The position numbers and the translations under genes are program-made. The notes under the pieces were generated by a model that searched no databases, was not told where the DNA came from, and was given only the letters and a program-made list of their open reading frames with translations. 64,000 bases of DNA, from positions 33,817 to 97,816 of the forward strand of contig CAMOFK010000002.1 in assembly GCA_946613265.1 (NCBI GenBank), in the 5' to 3' direction. Below, piece after piece: positions 19,136-28,437 of this stretch. How positions within the stretch are numbered: the stretch's first letter is position 1; each line of letters opens with the position of its first letter. The DNA comes from an uncultured Verrucomicrobiota bacterium (lineage in GTDB: Bacteria; Verrucomicrobiota; Kiritimatiellia; RFP12; UBA1067).

Positions 19136-19405
19136 ATGAAACTAGATTTCAACATATCGCAAAACACGTATGCGGCGAACGCCGCCAACTTCGCCGCGAC
19201 TGCGCGCGCCGATTCGGCCGATGCGGCCGCGAAGACGGCCGCGACGCCGGCGCAGGGCTTCTCGATAACCGAGCGCGCAGCGTCGCCGGAGGATATAGAG
19301 GCGGCGAGAATACCGGAAACCGCGCTCGCGCGCGACGATGCGCTCGGCCGTCTGGTGTCCAGCGCATACAACCTGCCTGCGCCGCCCATGCCGGCGTTTG
19401 TCTGA
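19136..19405 (+). CDS. Hypothetical 89-aa Ala-rich protein downstream of the ECF sigma gene; a possible anti-sigma partner (speculative).
   Basis: GGAGA RBS 9 nt upstream. No TM segment and no recognisable domain. Confidence 0.3.
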   Translation: MKLDFNISQNTYAANAANFAATARADSADAAAKTAATPAQGFSITERAASPEDIEAARIPETALARDDALGRLVSSAYNLPAPPMPAFV

Positions 19406-19550
19406 GTGCGCGGCGGCGCGCCGCGTCCTCTCCCCCCGGGCAAGGAGAAGGGCGGCGCGTGGCGGCGGTTGCGCGGGCGCGCGGCGCGATGGCCGCGGGA
19501 GGGGACTCCGGAAGATTTCTTGAAAACACGAAAGGACGGAAAATAAATAG

Positions 19551-21221
19551 ATGAAAGACGGCATATTGGTCCTGCTGACCGTTCTAGGCGGCCTCGGGAC
19601 GTTCCTTCTCGGCATGAAGCATCTTTCGGAGGGGTTGCAAGCCGTCTCCGGGAGAGGCCTTCGCAGGTTTATGGCGCTCGCGACCACGAATCGTTTCGCC
19701 GGGATAGCCACCGGCATGGTCTCTACGTTCGTGGTGCAGTCGTCGTCCATCATCACCGTCATGGTGGTGGGGTTCGTGTCTTCCGGAATGCTGAATCTGA
19801 CGCAGGCGATAAACGTTATCGTCGGCTCGAACATCGGCACTACGGCGACGGCGTGGATAATCGCGTACGTCCCGGACGTGCGGCTGCTCGCGCTCGGGAT
19901 CGTGGCGCTCGGCGCGCTCTGCTACTTTTTCGTGCGTCGCGAATTCTGGCACCATTTCGGGCTTACGCTTCTCGGCCTCGGGTTCGTCTTCATGGGGCTG
20001 TACTGGATAAAGGAGGGCGTGGAGCCGATCAAGAGCAACGCGGCCGTGCTGGAGATGTTCAAGTCGCTCGACGCGAAATCGCTCGGCGGGCTTTTGAAAT
20101 GCACGGCCGTCTCGCTGGTGTTCACGGCGCTTGTGCAATCTTCCGCGGCGACGACGGCGATAGCGATGACGCTCGCGGCGCAGGGCATGATCACTTTCGA
20201 AGCAGCCGCCGCCACGGTTTTCGGCATGAATATCGGAACGACGATCACTGCATGGATGGCGGCTTTCAACTCCACGGCGGAAGCGCGCCGCGCGGCGATG
20301 GCGCATACGCTTTTCAACGTCGTCGGCGCGGTGATATTGATTCCGCTCTTCCTGCCGGTGGTGATACCGCTCGCGAAAGCCGTTTTCCCGGACTATGCGA
20401 GCAACATACCGGCACCGATGGCCGCCGTCCACACATTCTTCAATGTTGTCACGACGATCGTCTTCCTTCCTTTCGTAGGGCGTTTCGCCGCCTTCGTGGA
20501 GCGCATCGTCCCCGCAAAGAAGAAGGAGACGCCGAAATTGACCGTCCTCGATCCGCGTATCAACAGGTCGCCGGCGATAGCGCTCGACCAGGTCTCGCGC
20601 GAAATCTCGTTCATGGCGACTTCGGATGCCGATTTGCTCGGGCGCGTGCGCAAGATCATCGCCGACGAAGGCACGGAGGCCGACGAAGCGCATATCGTCA
20701 AGCGCGAGGATATCCTCGATAAAGTCCAGCGCGAAATCTCCTCCTTCATCGGCACGGTGATGACAGGGCGCCTTTCGTCGGCGGAATCCGAACGCGCGCG
20801 CTCGCTGCTCCGCCTGGCCGATGAATTCGAGTCTGTCTCCGATGTCGCGCCGGCGATACTCAAGACGATTCGCCGCATGCACGACAATGGCCTGGAAATG
20901 TCGGAATACTCGAAAGCGGCGATTCTCTCCGTCCACGACAGAGTGGTGACGTTCGCAGGCGAGGTCTCGACGGCGCTGCAGGCCGAAGGCTCGAACATCC
21001 TCACCGCCGACTTCTCGCCGATCACAAGCGAGTCTTCCTCCATCCGGCAATTCATCCGCGAGATTCGCCAAAAGCAGCTCTCTCGTCTCGACGGCGGCGA
21101 CGAAGGCGCGCCTATGCGCGTCTTGATCGAACTGGATATCCTCAGCGCCTACGAGCACATCCGCGCCTGCTACGAGAATATCGCCGAAACTCTCGCAGGC
21201 GGCAAAATAGCCTTGCGCTAG
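19551..21221 (+). CDS. Na+/phosphate cotransporter family protein (NptA-like) with a PhoU-like C-terminal domain
   Basis: N-terminus GLGTFLLGMKHLSEGLQ…SSSIITVMVVGFVSSGMLNLTQAINVIVGSNIGTT is duplicated in the second half; both copies are Na/Pi type II repeats. Confidence 0.85.
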   Translation: MKDGILVLLTVLGGLGTFLLGMKHLSEGLQAVSGRGLRRFMALATTNRFAGIATGMVSTFVVQSSSIITVMVVGFVSSGMLNLTQAINVIVGSNIGTTATAWIIAYVPDVRLLALGIVALGALCYFFVRREFWHHFGLTLLGLGFVFMGLYWIKEGVEPIKSNAAVLEMFKSLDAKSLGGLLKCTAVSLVFTALVQSSAATTAIAMTLAAQGMITFEAAAATVFGMNIGTTITAWMAAFNSTAEARRAAMAHTLFNVVGAVILIPLFLPVVIPLAKAVFPDYASNIPAPMAAVHTFFNVVTTIVFLPFVGRFAAFVERIVPAKKKETPKLTVLDPRINRSPAIALDQVSREISFMATSDADLLGRVRKIIADEGTEADEAHIVKREDILDKVQREISSFIGTVMTGRLSSAESERARSLLRLADEFESVSDVAPAILKTIRRMHDNGLEMSEYSKAAILSVHDRVVTFAGEVSTALQAEGSNILTADFSPITSESSSIRQFIREIRQKQLSRLDGGDEGAPMRVLIELDILSAYEHIRACYENIAETLAGGKIALR

Positions 21222-21297
21222 CCGCGCGCTCTCCGCGGCGAGGCTGCGCGCCGCATGGCGCGCCGCCTCCCGGGGTCCGTCCGCGAGGCATCCAGAC

Positions 21298-21346
21298 AAA
21301 GCAAAAGGGCGGCGCGCCGGTAAAGGCGCACTGCCCTTTGCTTTTC
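21298..21346. terminator. Putative bidirectional intrinsic terminator between convergent nptA-like (+) and hup (-)
   Basis: GCAAAAGGGC … GCCCTTTGCTTTT inverted repeat with T-runs on both strands. The loop contains a GGCGCGCC palindrome. Confidence 0.45.
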
Positions 21347-21359
21347 GCTAGGTTGGCGG

Positions 21360-21668
21360 TTAGCCGAGAATGGCGTCCTTGAGAGCCTTGCACGCGACGA
21401 TCTTGACGACCTTCTTGGCCTTGATCTTGATCTGCTCGCCAGTCGCAGGATTGCGGCCCATGCGAGCAGGACGCTGGATTTTCTTCACCTTGCCGATACC
21501 GGGAAGCATGAAGCCCTTCTCTTCCTGCTGCGCACCCTTGATTGCAAGATCTACGAGCCTTTCGTAGACGGCAACCGCCTGCTTCTTGGTGATCTCGGCG
21601 GACTCCGCAAGCGCGGCCATGATTCCGCTCTTGGTTGTGGGGACGACTTCCTTCTTAGCCTTTGCCAT
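21360..21668 (-). CDS. hup: HU/IHF-family DNA-binding protein. Start set at MAKAKK with an AAGGA RBS; the track ORF extends spuriously upstream.
   Basis: …RNPATGEQIKIKAKKVVKIVACKALKD is the HU arm signature (R-N-P-x-T-G). 103 aa. Confidence 0.9.
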   Translation of the reverse strand: MAKAKKEVVPTTKSGIMAALAESAEITKKQAVAVYERLVDLAIKGAQQEEKGFMLPGIGKVKKIQRPARMGRNPATGEQIKIKAKKVVKIVACKALKDAILG

Positions 21669-21722
21669 TGTCTGATCCTTATTTATTGACTCGTGGAAAA
21701 CCATTTTCCATTCGTCTGGCGC

Positions 21723-21731
21723 ATAATATAC
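21723..21731 (-). promoter_or_regulatory. Extended -10 (TGGTATATT) for hup
   Basis: Reverse complement of aatatacca lies about 55 nt upstream of the hup ATG. Confidence 0.35.
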
Positions 21732-21931
21732 CATATTTTTCTGCTTCCGCAAAGGGGGTAAAATCGTTTTTTGGCTTTTTTTTCGTCTTTGCCGCCTCCA
21801 AAACCTTCCAACCCCGCCTCAGGGCCAGGATTAAATTGCTTTCTCCCCCCGAAGAAATGCCGCGCAAGCTCGCGCGCCTCCCCTGGTGTGCCGTGCCAAG
21901 CACCGCTATCACCATTGCCTATACCCTTTGC

Positions 21932-22098
21932 GGACCAAGTCGCCTTCATTGGCGACTAGAGTCGCCTTCATGGGCGACTAGAGTCGCTTTCATTGGCGAC
22001 TAGAGTCGCTTTCATTGGCGACTGGAGTCGCTTTCATTGGCGACAGGAGTCGCTTTCACTGGCGACATGAGTCGCTTTTATTGGCGACTGGAGTCGCC
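21932..22098. repeat. Tandem array of about 7.5 copies of a 22-bp unit GGCGACTAGAGTCGCYTTCATT. Each unit carries a 7-bp inverted repeat (GGCGACT-ag-AGTCGCC).
   Basis: Units read off directly at 21951, 21973, 21995, 22017, 22039, 22061 and 22083, with a degenerate copy at 21932. Intergenic, upstream of hup and downstream of uvrD. Confidence 0.9.
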
Positions 22099-22286
22099 AA
22101 GGGAGGGGACGGGAGAAGCGGGCGGCAGCGTTCCGGAGGGGGCGCGTTCCCTTGCCTAAGGAGAGCTGCTCTGCGCTTGCAGCCTCGCGCCCGCGTCCTT
22201 ATATTTAAGTATTCGCTGTGTCCTTTCCGTGTGTGTGGGGTGGGCGGCGGCGCCATAGAGCCAAGGACTCCGCCGCCGGCGGGGGG

Positions 22287-24320
22287 TTAATGGCGCCAGG
22301 TAGTCTTGTAGATCGGCTTGGAGCGCGCGTACGGGCTGCCTCCGGAGGAGTAGGAAGGGCGGTATTGGTTGAAGGCGGGCGGCTGGTAGCCGGAATCTAC
22401 GGAGCGCACGTCGAGAAGCTCGCGGGGGATGTCGCGAAGGAACGGGGAGACCGTCACAGGGAATTCTCCGCCTTCCGGGCTGCGGCGCACGCGAGGCGCC
22501 AGCATCATCAGGCGATCCTTCGCGCGCGTCACGGCGACGTAGAAGAGGCGGCGTTCTTCGTCCAGCCTGTTTTCTTCCTGCGCCTTGGCGCTCGGGAACA
22601 TGCCATCGACGACCCACGGAATGATGACGGCCGGCCATTCCATGCCCTTTGCCTGATGCACAGTGGAGAGCGTGATGCGATCGGCGGACGGATCGTTCTT
22701 CCGAAGATCGAGATTGGTGAGAAGGGCGATGTTGGCGAGATATTCGTCGAGCGGCGTCTGGTCGTCTGCGAGATCGCTGGCAAGTTCGCGGATATCGAGG
22801 AGGCGCTCTTGCGCTTCTTCGCCTTCCCAAGTCCGCTGGAGATAGGAAGCGTAGAACGCTTCGAGGAAATCCATGACGATCATGCCGCGCTCGCCCGCCG
22901 CCAAATGTTCGTCGATTTTCGCCATGGCGGCGGCGATGGCTGGCCAAAGAGGGCGCGCCTTTGCGCCGAGCATGCCGCCGAGTCCGGAGCGAGCTTCGCT
23001 TTTGCGGGGATCGAATTCGCAGCCGAGCTTCTTCCAGAATTTCTTCGCGCCCGTCTCGCCTACGCCCGGAAGAAGCGTGATGAAGCGCAAGAAGGAAAGT
23101 TCGCCGTGCGGCGCGACGACGAGCCGCAGATACGCGAGGATGTCTTTGACATGCTCCTTTTCGTAGAAGCCCGTGCCGCTTGTCAGGCGATACGGGATCG
23201 CAGATTGATTTACGGCTTTCTCCACGTCGATCGATTGGTAGTGCGAGCGGTACAGCACGGCGATGTCGCGGCATGCGTAGCCGGATGCGCGCAATTCGCG
23301 TATGGCCGATACGATTTCCTGCGCCTGCGCCTTGCCGTTATAGACGCGCACGGCCTGCGGAAGGCGGCCTTGCGGGCGGATGGCGCGAAGTTGTTTGGCA
23401 AACTGCCCGGGCGCGTTCTTCATGATCGCGTTCGCGGCGTCCAGAACCTGCGGCACGCTGCGGTAGTTGCGCTCCAGCTTGACGATCTTGCAATCCTTCC
23501 AGCGTTCAGGGAAGCGCATTATATTCTCGATTTTGGCGCCGCGCCAAGTGTAGATGCACTGGAAATCGTCGCCGACGGCCATTATGTTGCGGTGCCCGGC
23601 GGCTATCAAATCCGTGAACTCCGCCTGAATGCCGTTCGTATCCTGGTATTCATCCACGAGGACATGGAGAAACTTCTCCTGGAGCATTCCGCGGATGTCC
23701 GCCTTCTCTTTCAGAAGCTTCAGGCCGTTCACGATCAGATCGTCGAAATCCATCGCGCCTATCTCGCGTTTGCGGGTTGCATAGGCGTTGGCGACGGCTA
23801 CGATCTCCTCCGGAGTGAACCCCGCGGCTTTCGTCTGCCAGCGCGAGGCTATCGCCGCGACGGGAAGCTGTTCGTTGGCGGCTTCCGAAATCATGCGCAA
23901 GACGATTTCCTTCTTCGGGAAGTCTTTTGGGTTTTCCACGGTGGTCTTGACGATTTCCGCGATCAGTTTCTTCTGGTCTTCTTCGTCGAGAATCTGGAAA
24001 TCGTTTCTGTAGCCGAGCGCGCCGCCCCAGCGCCGCAGAAAACGCGCGCAAATCGAGTGGAAAGTGCCTGCCCATATCGCCGCGGCGTCAGGGCCGACGA
24101 CGGCGCGTGCGCGATCCAGCATTTCTTTGGCCGCGCGGTTCGTGAAGGTGAGCAAGAGGATTCTGTCCGGTTCGACGCCGCGTTCGACGAGGCAGGCGAC
24201 GCGATGCACCAGCGTGCGCGTCTTGCCAGTGCCGGCGGCGGCCAGCACGAGCAGCGGGCCGCCTTCCGCCGTCGCGGCCGCGTATTGTTCGGGATTGAGA
24301 AGCTTTGAGAAGTCGGTCAT
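22287..24320 (-). CDS. uvrD: ATP-dependent DNA helicase UvrD/PcrA family
   Basis: Motif I LLVLAAAGTGKTRTL. UvrD motifs throughout. 677 aa. Confidence 0.95.
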   Translation of the reverse strand: MTDFSKLLNPEQYAAATAEGGPLLVLAAAGTGKTRTLVHRVACLVERGVEPDRILLLTFTNRAAKEMLDRARAVVGPDAAAIWAGTFHSICARFLRRWGGALGYRNDFQILDEEDQKKLIAEIVKTTVENPKDFPKKEIVLRMISEAANEQLPVAAIASRWQTKAAGFTPEEIVAVANAYATRKREIGAMDFDDLIVNGLKLLKEKADIRGMLQEKFLHVLVDEYQDTNGIQAEFTDLIAAGHRNIMAVGDDFQCIYTWRGAKIENIMRFPERWKDCKIVKLERNYRSVPQVLDAANAIMKNAPGQFAKQLRAIRPQGRLPQAVRVYNGKAQAQEIVSAIRELRASGYACRDIAVLYRSHYQSIDVEKAVNQSAIPYRLTSGTGFYEKEHVKDILAYLRLVVAPHGELSFLRFITLLPGVGETGAKKFWKKLGCEFDPRKSEARSGLGGMLGAKARPLWPAIAAAMAKIDEHLAAGERGMIVMDFLEAFYASYLQRTWEGEEAQERLLDIRELASDLADDQTPLDEYLANIALLTNLDLRKNDPSADRITLSTVHQAKGMEWPAVIIPWVVDGMFPSAKAQEENRLDEERRLFYVAVTRAKDRLMMLAPRVRRSPEGGEFPVTVSPFLRDIPRELLDVRSVDSGYQPPAFNQYRPSYSSGGSPYARSKPIYKTTWRH

Positions 24321-24456
24321 TTTCTATTCGTCGTAGCGTGTGCGCGAAGCGCCGCGTGGCCGCGGCGCCCTGGAGTCTTTCGAATGGAGCGGCGGAGTGT
24401 GAAAAAGCCCGGCGCCGCACCGGGCCGCCGGGCGCATCGCACCGGGCGCGATCGCG

Positions 24457-25800
24457 TCATTCCGCGCCGAGGCAGATGCCGCGCGCTAGGATGTCCGCGG
24501 TATCGAGAGCGTACGCCGGATCGATCTCTACGACCAGTTTTTCGTCGATAGCGACACCTGCGGCGGCGAGCATGCGGCGCCATTTCGCCTGCATGTCCGC
24601 GCGGCACGTGGCCGGAGAATCGGCACCTTCCGCGTTTTTGACGGGGGAGAATTCGTCTTTCTGGTCGAAAGCCAGGAAGGCCGCTTTCTTCGCGTTCGGC
24701 AGAATATCGAAGATGAACTTCTCGAACTTGTAGCCGTTCGGTTCCGAAGGCTTGACGACCTTGCCATCCGGCGCGACGGTCGGGATCTTCTTGAACGCGA
24801 GGTGCAGAGGCATTGCCTTCGACGCTTCCTTGTCGAGAAACGCGCGGTCGAAAACGTGTATGGCCGGCGAGCCGTAGAGGAAGTAGAGCTTCCCGGACTT
24901 GTCCAGGCGTTCGCACTGCTCCTTGGTCATCTCCGTGTACTCGACCATGCGGTGGACGTCGCCGAACTTCATCGGGATGCCGACCTTCTCGTAGGGGTCG
25001 CGCTTGGCGCAGAGCTTGAGCGAATATTCGCTCCCCTGCAAGACGTGGTAGCCGATGAACGCGGGATCGGCGATCTCCACGAGAGGATTGTCAACCTGGA
25101 AGAAGAAGACGGACTTGATGCCGCGCTTCTTCATGTCGGCGAGCGCTCCGGAGCGCTTGAGCGCCGCGAGCAAGCCGCCGTGGCCGTCCGGACTCATGAA
25201 GATGCGGTCCGGGCGCTCGAGGATGATCTTGCCGTCCTTCGTCATGCCTGGCCACATGCCCTGCGTGAAGAAGAACACGTTCTCCTTGGCCAGCCCGAAG
25301 TAGTTGAAATCTTCGAAGCATTTCTTCGTCGCGGCGTCGTTCGCCTCGCTCGTCATGATGTAGAAGGGGATCGGCTTGCCGTAGCGCAGCGAGCGCGCGA
25401 GAATCTTCCTCGCGTGGAAATAGAAGAGCGGCGCGTCTGTCGCCGGGCCGATGGCGTAGCAGCCTTTCGGGCCGTCGTAGCCGAGGCGCGAGCCCTGGCC
25501 GCCCGCGACGAGAAGCGCGGCCACGCGGCCGGCGCGCAATTCTTTTTCTCCTGCGTCCACGGCGTCCTTGAGCGCCTTGCCTTTGAGGACGGCGACTTTC
25601 GGAGCCTTGCCCTTGGATGAATCAGGAACTTCGGCGCCGCGCCGGAGCGTGGCTTCGCATTGCGCGAGGCTCTTCGGCTCGAGAGTCGCGATCTGCGCGA
25701 GAAGCGCGGCGCGTTGCTTCTTGTCGAGCTGCTTCCAGAATGCGAGCACGTGTTCCTGGCCGCATTTGGCCAGCATTTTCTTCGCTTCTTCGTATGTCAT
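24457..25800 (-). CDS. UDP-N-acetylhexosamine pyrophosphorylase, UAP1-type (UDPGP family, PF01704). The true start is MTYEEAKK at 25800; the track's 950-aa ORF is a chimera.
   Basis: LLVAGGQGSRLG nucleotide-binding loop as in eukaryotic UAP1. AAAGGA RBS upstream of the 25800 start. The upstream part of the track ORF overlaps uxs and purE in another frame. Confidence 0.8.
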   Translation of the reverse strand: MTYEEAKKMLAKCGQEHVLAFWKQLDKKQRAALLAQIATLEPKSLAQCEATLRRGAEVPDSSKGKAPKVAVLKGKALKDAVDAGEKELRAGRVAALLVAGGQGSRLGYDGPKGCYAIGPATDAPLFYFHARKILARSLRYGKPIPFYIMTSEANDAATKKCFEDFNYFGLAKENVFFFTQGMWPGMTKDGKIILERPDRIFMSPDGHGGLLAALKRSGALADMKKRGIKSVFFFQVDNPLVEIADPAFIGYHVLQGSEYSLKLCAKRDPYEKVGIPMKFGDVHRMVEYTEMTKEQCERLDKSGKLYFLYGSPAIHVFDRAFLDKEASKAMPLHLAFKKIPTVAPDGKVVKPSEPNGYKFEKFIFDILPNAKKAAFLAFDQKDEFSPVKNAEGADSPATCRADMQAKWRRMLAAAGVAIDEKLVVEIDPAYALDTADILARGICLGAE

Positions 25801-25853
25801 CGCTTCACTGTCCTTTCGTCGGTGTAAACTCGAGCGCAGGCGGCGGCCGCCGC

Positions 25854-26849
25854 CTATACTCTGCCTCTGAAATATTCTATCGTTTTCGCCAGGCCTTCGT
25901 CGAGCTGGACGCGCGGTTCCCAGCCGAGAAGTTCGCGCGCGAGCGTTATATCCGGGCGGCGCTTGCGCGGATCGTCGCCCGGCAGCGGGCGCGCGACGAG
26001 GCGCGAGCTTGAAGACGGGAGCATCTTCAAAACCTTCTTCGCCAGTTCCTTGACGGTGTATTCGGCGGGATTGCCGATGTTGAGAACGCAGGCGCCAAGC
26101 CCGTGCGAAGCGAAAAATCCGTCGAGCGCCGGCTTCTCCAGCGCCATGTAGCGGCGCATGGCTTCGACGAGATCCGTGCAGTACTGGAAAGAGCGCGTCT
26201 GCGAGCCGTCGCCGTAGATCGTCAAATCGTTGCCGCGCAGGGCCTGCACTATGAAGTTGGAGACGACGCGGCCGTCCTGCGCATCCATGCGCGGCCCGTA
26301 GGTGTTGAATATCCTCGCCATGCGCACATCGACGCCAAGCGTGCGCCGGTAGTCGCTTGCGAGCGTCTCTGCGAAGCGCTTGCCTTCGTCGTAGCAGCTG
26401 CGCACGCCTATGGTGTTCACGTTCCCCCAGTGCGTTTCGCGCTGCGGGTGTTCGATCGGGTCGCCGTAGATTTCGCTTGTCGAGGCGTGCAGGAGCTTCG
26501 CGCCGGAAGTGCGCGCCAGCTCCAGCGCGAAGAGCGCGCCTTTCGCGGATGTGAGGGCGGTTTTCAGCGGCGCGGCCTGATAGTGTACGGGGCTTGCCGG
26601 GCATGCGAGGTTGTATATCTCGTCGATATGCCCGGGCACGAGGAAGCGGCCGCTGTCGAGATCGCAGACGTCGGCTTCGATGAAAGTGAAACCGCCGTTC
26701 TGCGCGAGCGGCGCGATATTCTCCCGCGAGCCGGTGTAGAGGTTGTCGATCGCGATTACGCGGTAGCCTTCGGCAAGCAGCCTCTCGCAGAGATGGCTGC
26801 CGATGAAACCCGCACCGCCTGTGACAAGCGCCGTCTTCATGCCGACCAT
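25854..26849 (-). CDS. uxs: UDP-glucuronate decarboxylase (UDP-xylose synthase), NAD-dependent SDR
   Basis: [11 protein letters not shown]ossmann motif, YxxxK catalytic region, overall UXS-like length and pattern. Confidence 0.85.
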   Translation of the reverse strand: MVGMKTALVTGGAGFIGSHLCERLLAEGYRVIAIDNLYTGSRENIAPLAQNGGFTFIEADVCDLDSGRFLVPGHIDEIYNLACPASPVHYQAAPLKTALTSAKGALFALELARTSGAKLLHASTSEIYGDPIEHPQRETHWGNVNTIGVRSCYDEGKRFAETLASDYRRTLGVDVRMARIFNTYGPRMDAQDGRVVSNFIVQALRGNDLTIYGDGSQTRSFQYCTDLVEAMRRYMALEKPALDGFFASHGLGACVLNIGNPAEYTVKELAKKVLKMLPSSSSRLVARPLPGDDPRKRRPDITLARELLGWEPRVQLDEGLAKTIEYFRGRV

Positions 26850-26855
26850 ATCCGC

Positions 26856-27353
26856 CTACTTCGAGTTGATCTTTTCGTCGGCAGCCGCCACTTTCGCCGC
26901 GAGCGCCTGCTTGTGAGCGCGGAATTTTTCGCGCAGCGCCGCGTCTGCCGTGCCGAGAATTTGCACGGCGAGAAGGGCGGCGTTTACAGGCCCCGCGCTG
27001 CCCAGCGCCACGGTCGCGACAGGCACGCCGCCGGGCATCTGCACCGTGGCGTAGAGGGCGTCGAGGCCGTTCAGCGCGCCGCCTGCGACGGGTATCCCGA
27101 TCACCGGCAGCACGGTGCCGGCGGCAAGCACGCCGGCGAGATGCGCGGCGCCGCCGGCCGCCGCGATGACGACTTCGAGGCCGCGGCTTTCGGCCGTGCG
27201 GGAATATTCGAGCGCCAGTTCCGGCGTCCTGTGGGCGGATATGACCCTCTTCTCGTAGCACACGCCGAAATCTTCGAGCGTCTTGCAGGCTTTTTCGACG
27301 AGCGGCCAATCGCTGTCGCTGCCCATCACAATACCGACTTTAACTTCGTTCAT
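26856..27353 (-). CDS. purE: N5-carboxyaminoimidazole ribonucleotide mutase
   Basis: GIVMGSDSDWPLVEKA…VIAAAGGAAHLAGVLA is the canonical PurE sequence. Confidence 0.95.
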   Translation of the reverse strand: MNEVKVGIVMGSDSDWPLVEKACKTLEDFGVCYEKRVISAHRTPELALEYSRTAESRGLEVVIAAAGGAAHLAGVLAAGTVLPVIGIPVAGGALNGLDALYATVQMPGGVPVATVALGSAGPVNAALLAVQILGTADAALREKFRAHKQALAAKVAAADEKINSK

Positions 27354-27382
27354 CGCAATTCCCTTCCCGGTGGCCGGGACGT

Positions 27383-27391
27383 ATTATACCA
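27383..27391 (-). promoter_or_regulatory. Extended -10 TGGTATAAT for purE
   Basis: Reverse complement of attatacca, about 30 nt upstream of the purE ATG. Confidence 0.4.
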
Positions 27392-27461
27392 TATTTCGCC
27401 GTCCGCCTGCGCTCGTGCGGTGAAATCCATCCTCCGCATGCGCGGCCGCCGCGCGGCGCTT

Positions 27462-28430
27462 TCAGTCCGTTTCGAAAGACGATTTTCCCGGCAGCAGCGT
27501 CTCGAGGAAGCGCGTTGCGGCCTTGCGGCCTTCGTCCGTCACTTCCGGGGAATCGTTCATGCACACGAGCGAAGGCTTCAAGCGAGCGAATTCCGCCGCG
27601 ATGTCGTCCCTGACGGGTATGCAGTGCCAGGAGTCTCTGTGGGGAAGCCCGAACGCCGTTTGCCACCACGGACGCTTTATCGAGCGGAAATGCGCATGCC
27701 CGCGCGAGAACGCCCAGCCAGCGAGCACTTCGCGCTGAAGCTGCCGGCGGTCGCGGAACGTGAACGACGTCTGCATATCCCAGATCGCCGGATACGCCTC
27801 GCGGAAAGCCAGCAAATCCGCTTTGACGTACGGATCGATATTGTGGTGGCCGAGGCGCCCGTAGGCGCGCTTGTATCCGCCCGCGACGCCGAAATTCGCC
27901 TTTGCGAATCTGAAGGATTCTCGGACGCGGTGCAGATATCCGTCGGCGAGAGTTGGCGCGGCCATGTCGAGGCGGCTCGTCGAATAGCGGTATATCGGCC
28001 AGCCGTCCGGCGCGAAGAAGAACGAAGGCTCGAGAGGGCGCGCGAAGAGCATGTCGTCGTTTGCATAGAGGAAGCGCTCGGAAAGCCCGGGAATGTCCTG
28101 GATGAAAAACTCCAGCGCCGACGAATTGAAGCATGGCAGCTTTTCCGGCGGTATCGCCTCGCTCCATCTGTGCAGGCGCAGGCGCGGCGCATCCAGCTTC
28201 AGCCACGCCGGCGGCGAGATCGCGTCGTCGATGACGATATGCACCGCGTCCAGCCAGGGCGCGAAGCGCTCGAGCGAGCGCAGGGAGTAGCGCAGCTCGT
28301 CGTTGCTGCGATAGCGGCAGGCGCCGTTGTCGCCTTCGTTCACTGCGATGCCGGCGCGGCGCAACGCCTCCGCGCGCTTCGCCCTGAAAGCGGCGTCTTG
28401 CAGATCGCACCAGAGATAGACTATGTCCAT
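27462..28430 (-). CDS. Stealth-family capsular polysaccharide hexose-1-phosphate transferase
   Basis: CR1 DIVYLWCDLQD and CR2 NDELRYSLRSLERFAPWLDAVHIVIDD, plus the NDDMLF region, match Stealth conserved regions (SacB/XcbA/GNPTAB-like). Confidence 0.8.
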   Translation of the reverse strand: MDIVYLWCDLQDAAFRAKRAEALRRAGIAVNEGDNGACRYRSNDELRYSLRSLERFAPWLDAVHIVIDDAISPPAWLKLDAPRLRLHRWSEAIPPEKLPCFNSSALEFFIQDIPGLSERFLYANDDMLFARPLEPSFFFAPDGWPIYRYSTSRLDMAAPTLADGYLHRVRESFRFAKANFGVAGGYKRAYGRLGHHNIDPYVKADLLAFREAYPAIWDMQTSFTFRDRRQLQREVLAGWAFSRGHAHFRSIKRPWWQTAFGLPHRDSWHCIPVRDDIAAEFARLKPSLVCMNDSPEVTDEGRKAATRFLETLLPGKSSFETD

Positions 28431-28437
28431 GGCGGCT

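Noticed and set aside
19142-19840. Minus-strand ORFs antisense to the hypothetical 89-aa gene and the Na/Pi transporter gene (19142..19840, 19584..21299).
   Set aside because: They lie antisense to a confidently identified transporter gene, and their translations are Arg-rich junk.
21932-22098. The tandem repeats at 21.9 kb and 33.1 kb as CRISPR arrays.
   Set aside because: Units are contiguous with 22-bp periodicity and no unique spacers, and there are no cas genes. They are direct tandem repeats, not CRISPR.
24457-27309. 950-aa minus-strand ORF spanning 24457..27309.
   Set aside because: It is a chimera. Only its downstream 448 codons (24457..25800, UDPGP pyrophosphorylase with its own RBS and ATG) are real. 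The upstream part overlaps uxs and purE out of frame and reads as Arg-rich junk.
27365-27378. CCCGGTGGCCGGG palindrome in the purE 5' UTR as a terminator or attenuator.
   Set aside because: It has a short 5-bp stem, no T-tract, and sits inside a 30-nt UTR. It is more likely incidental.
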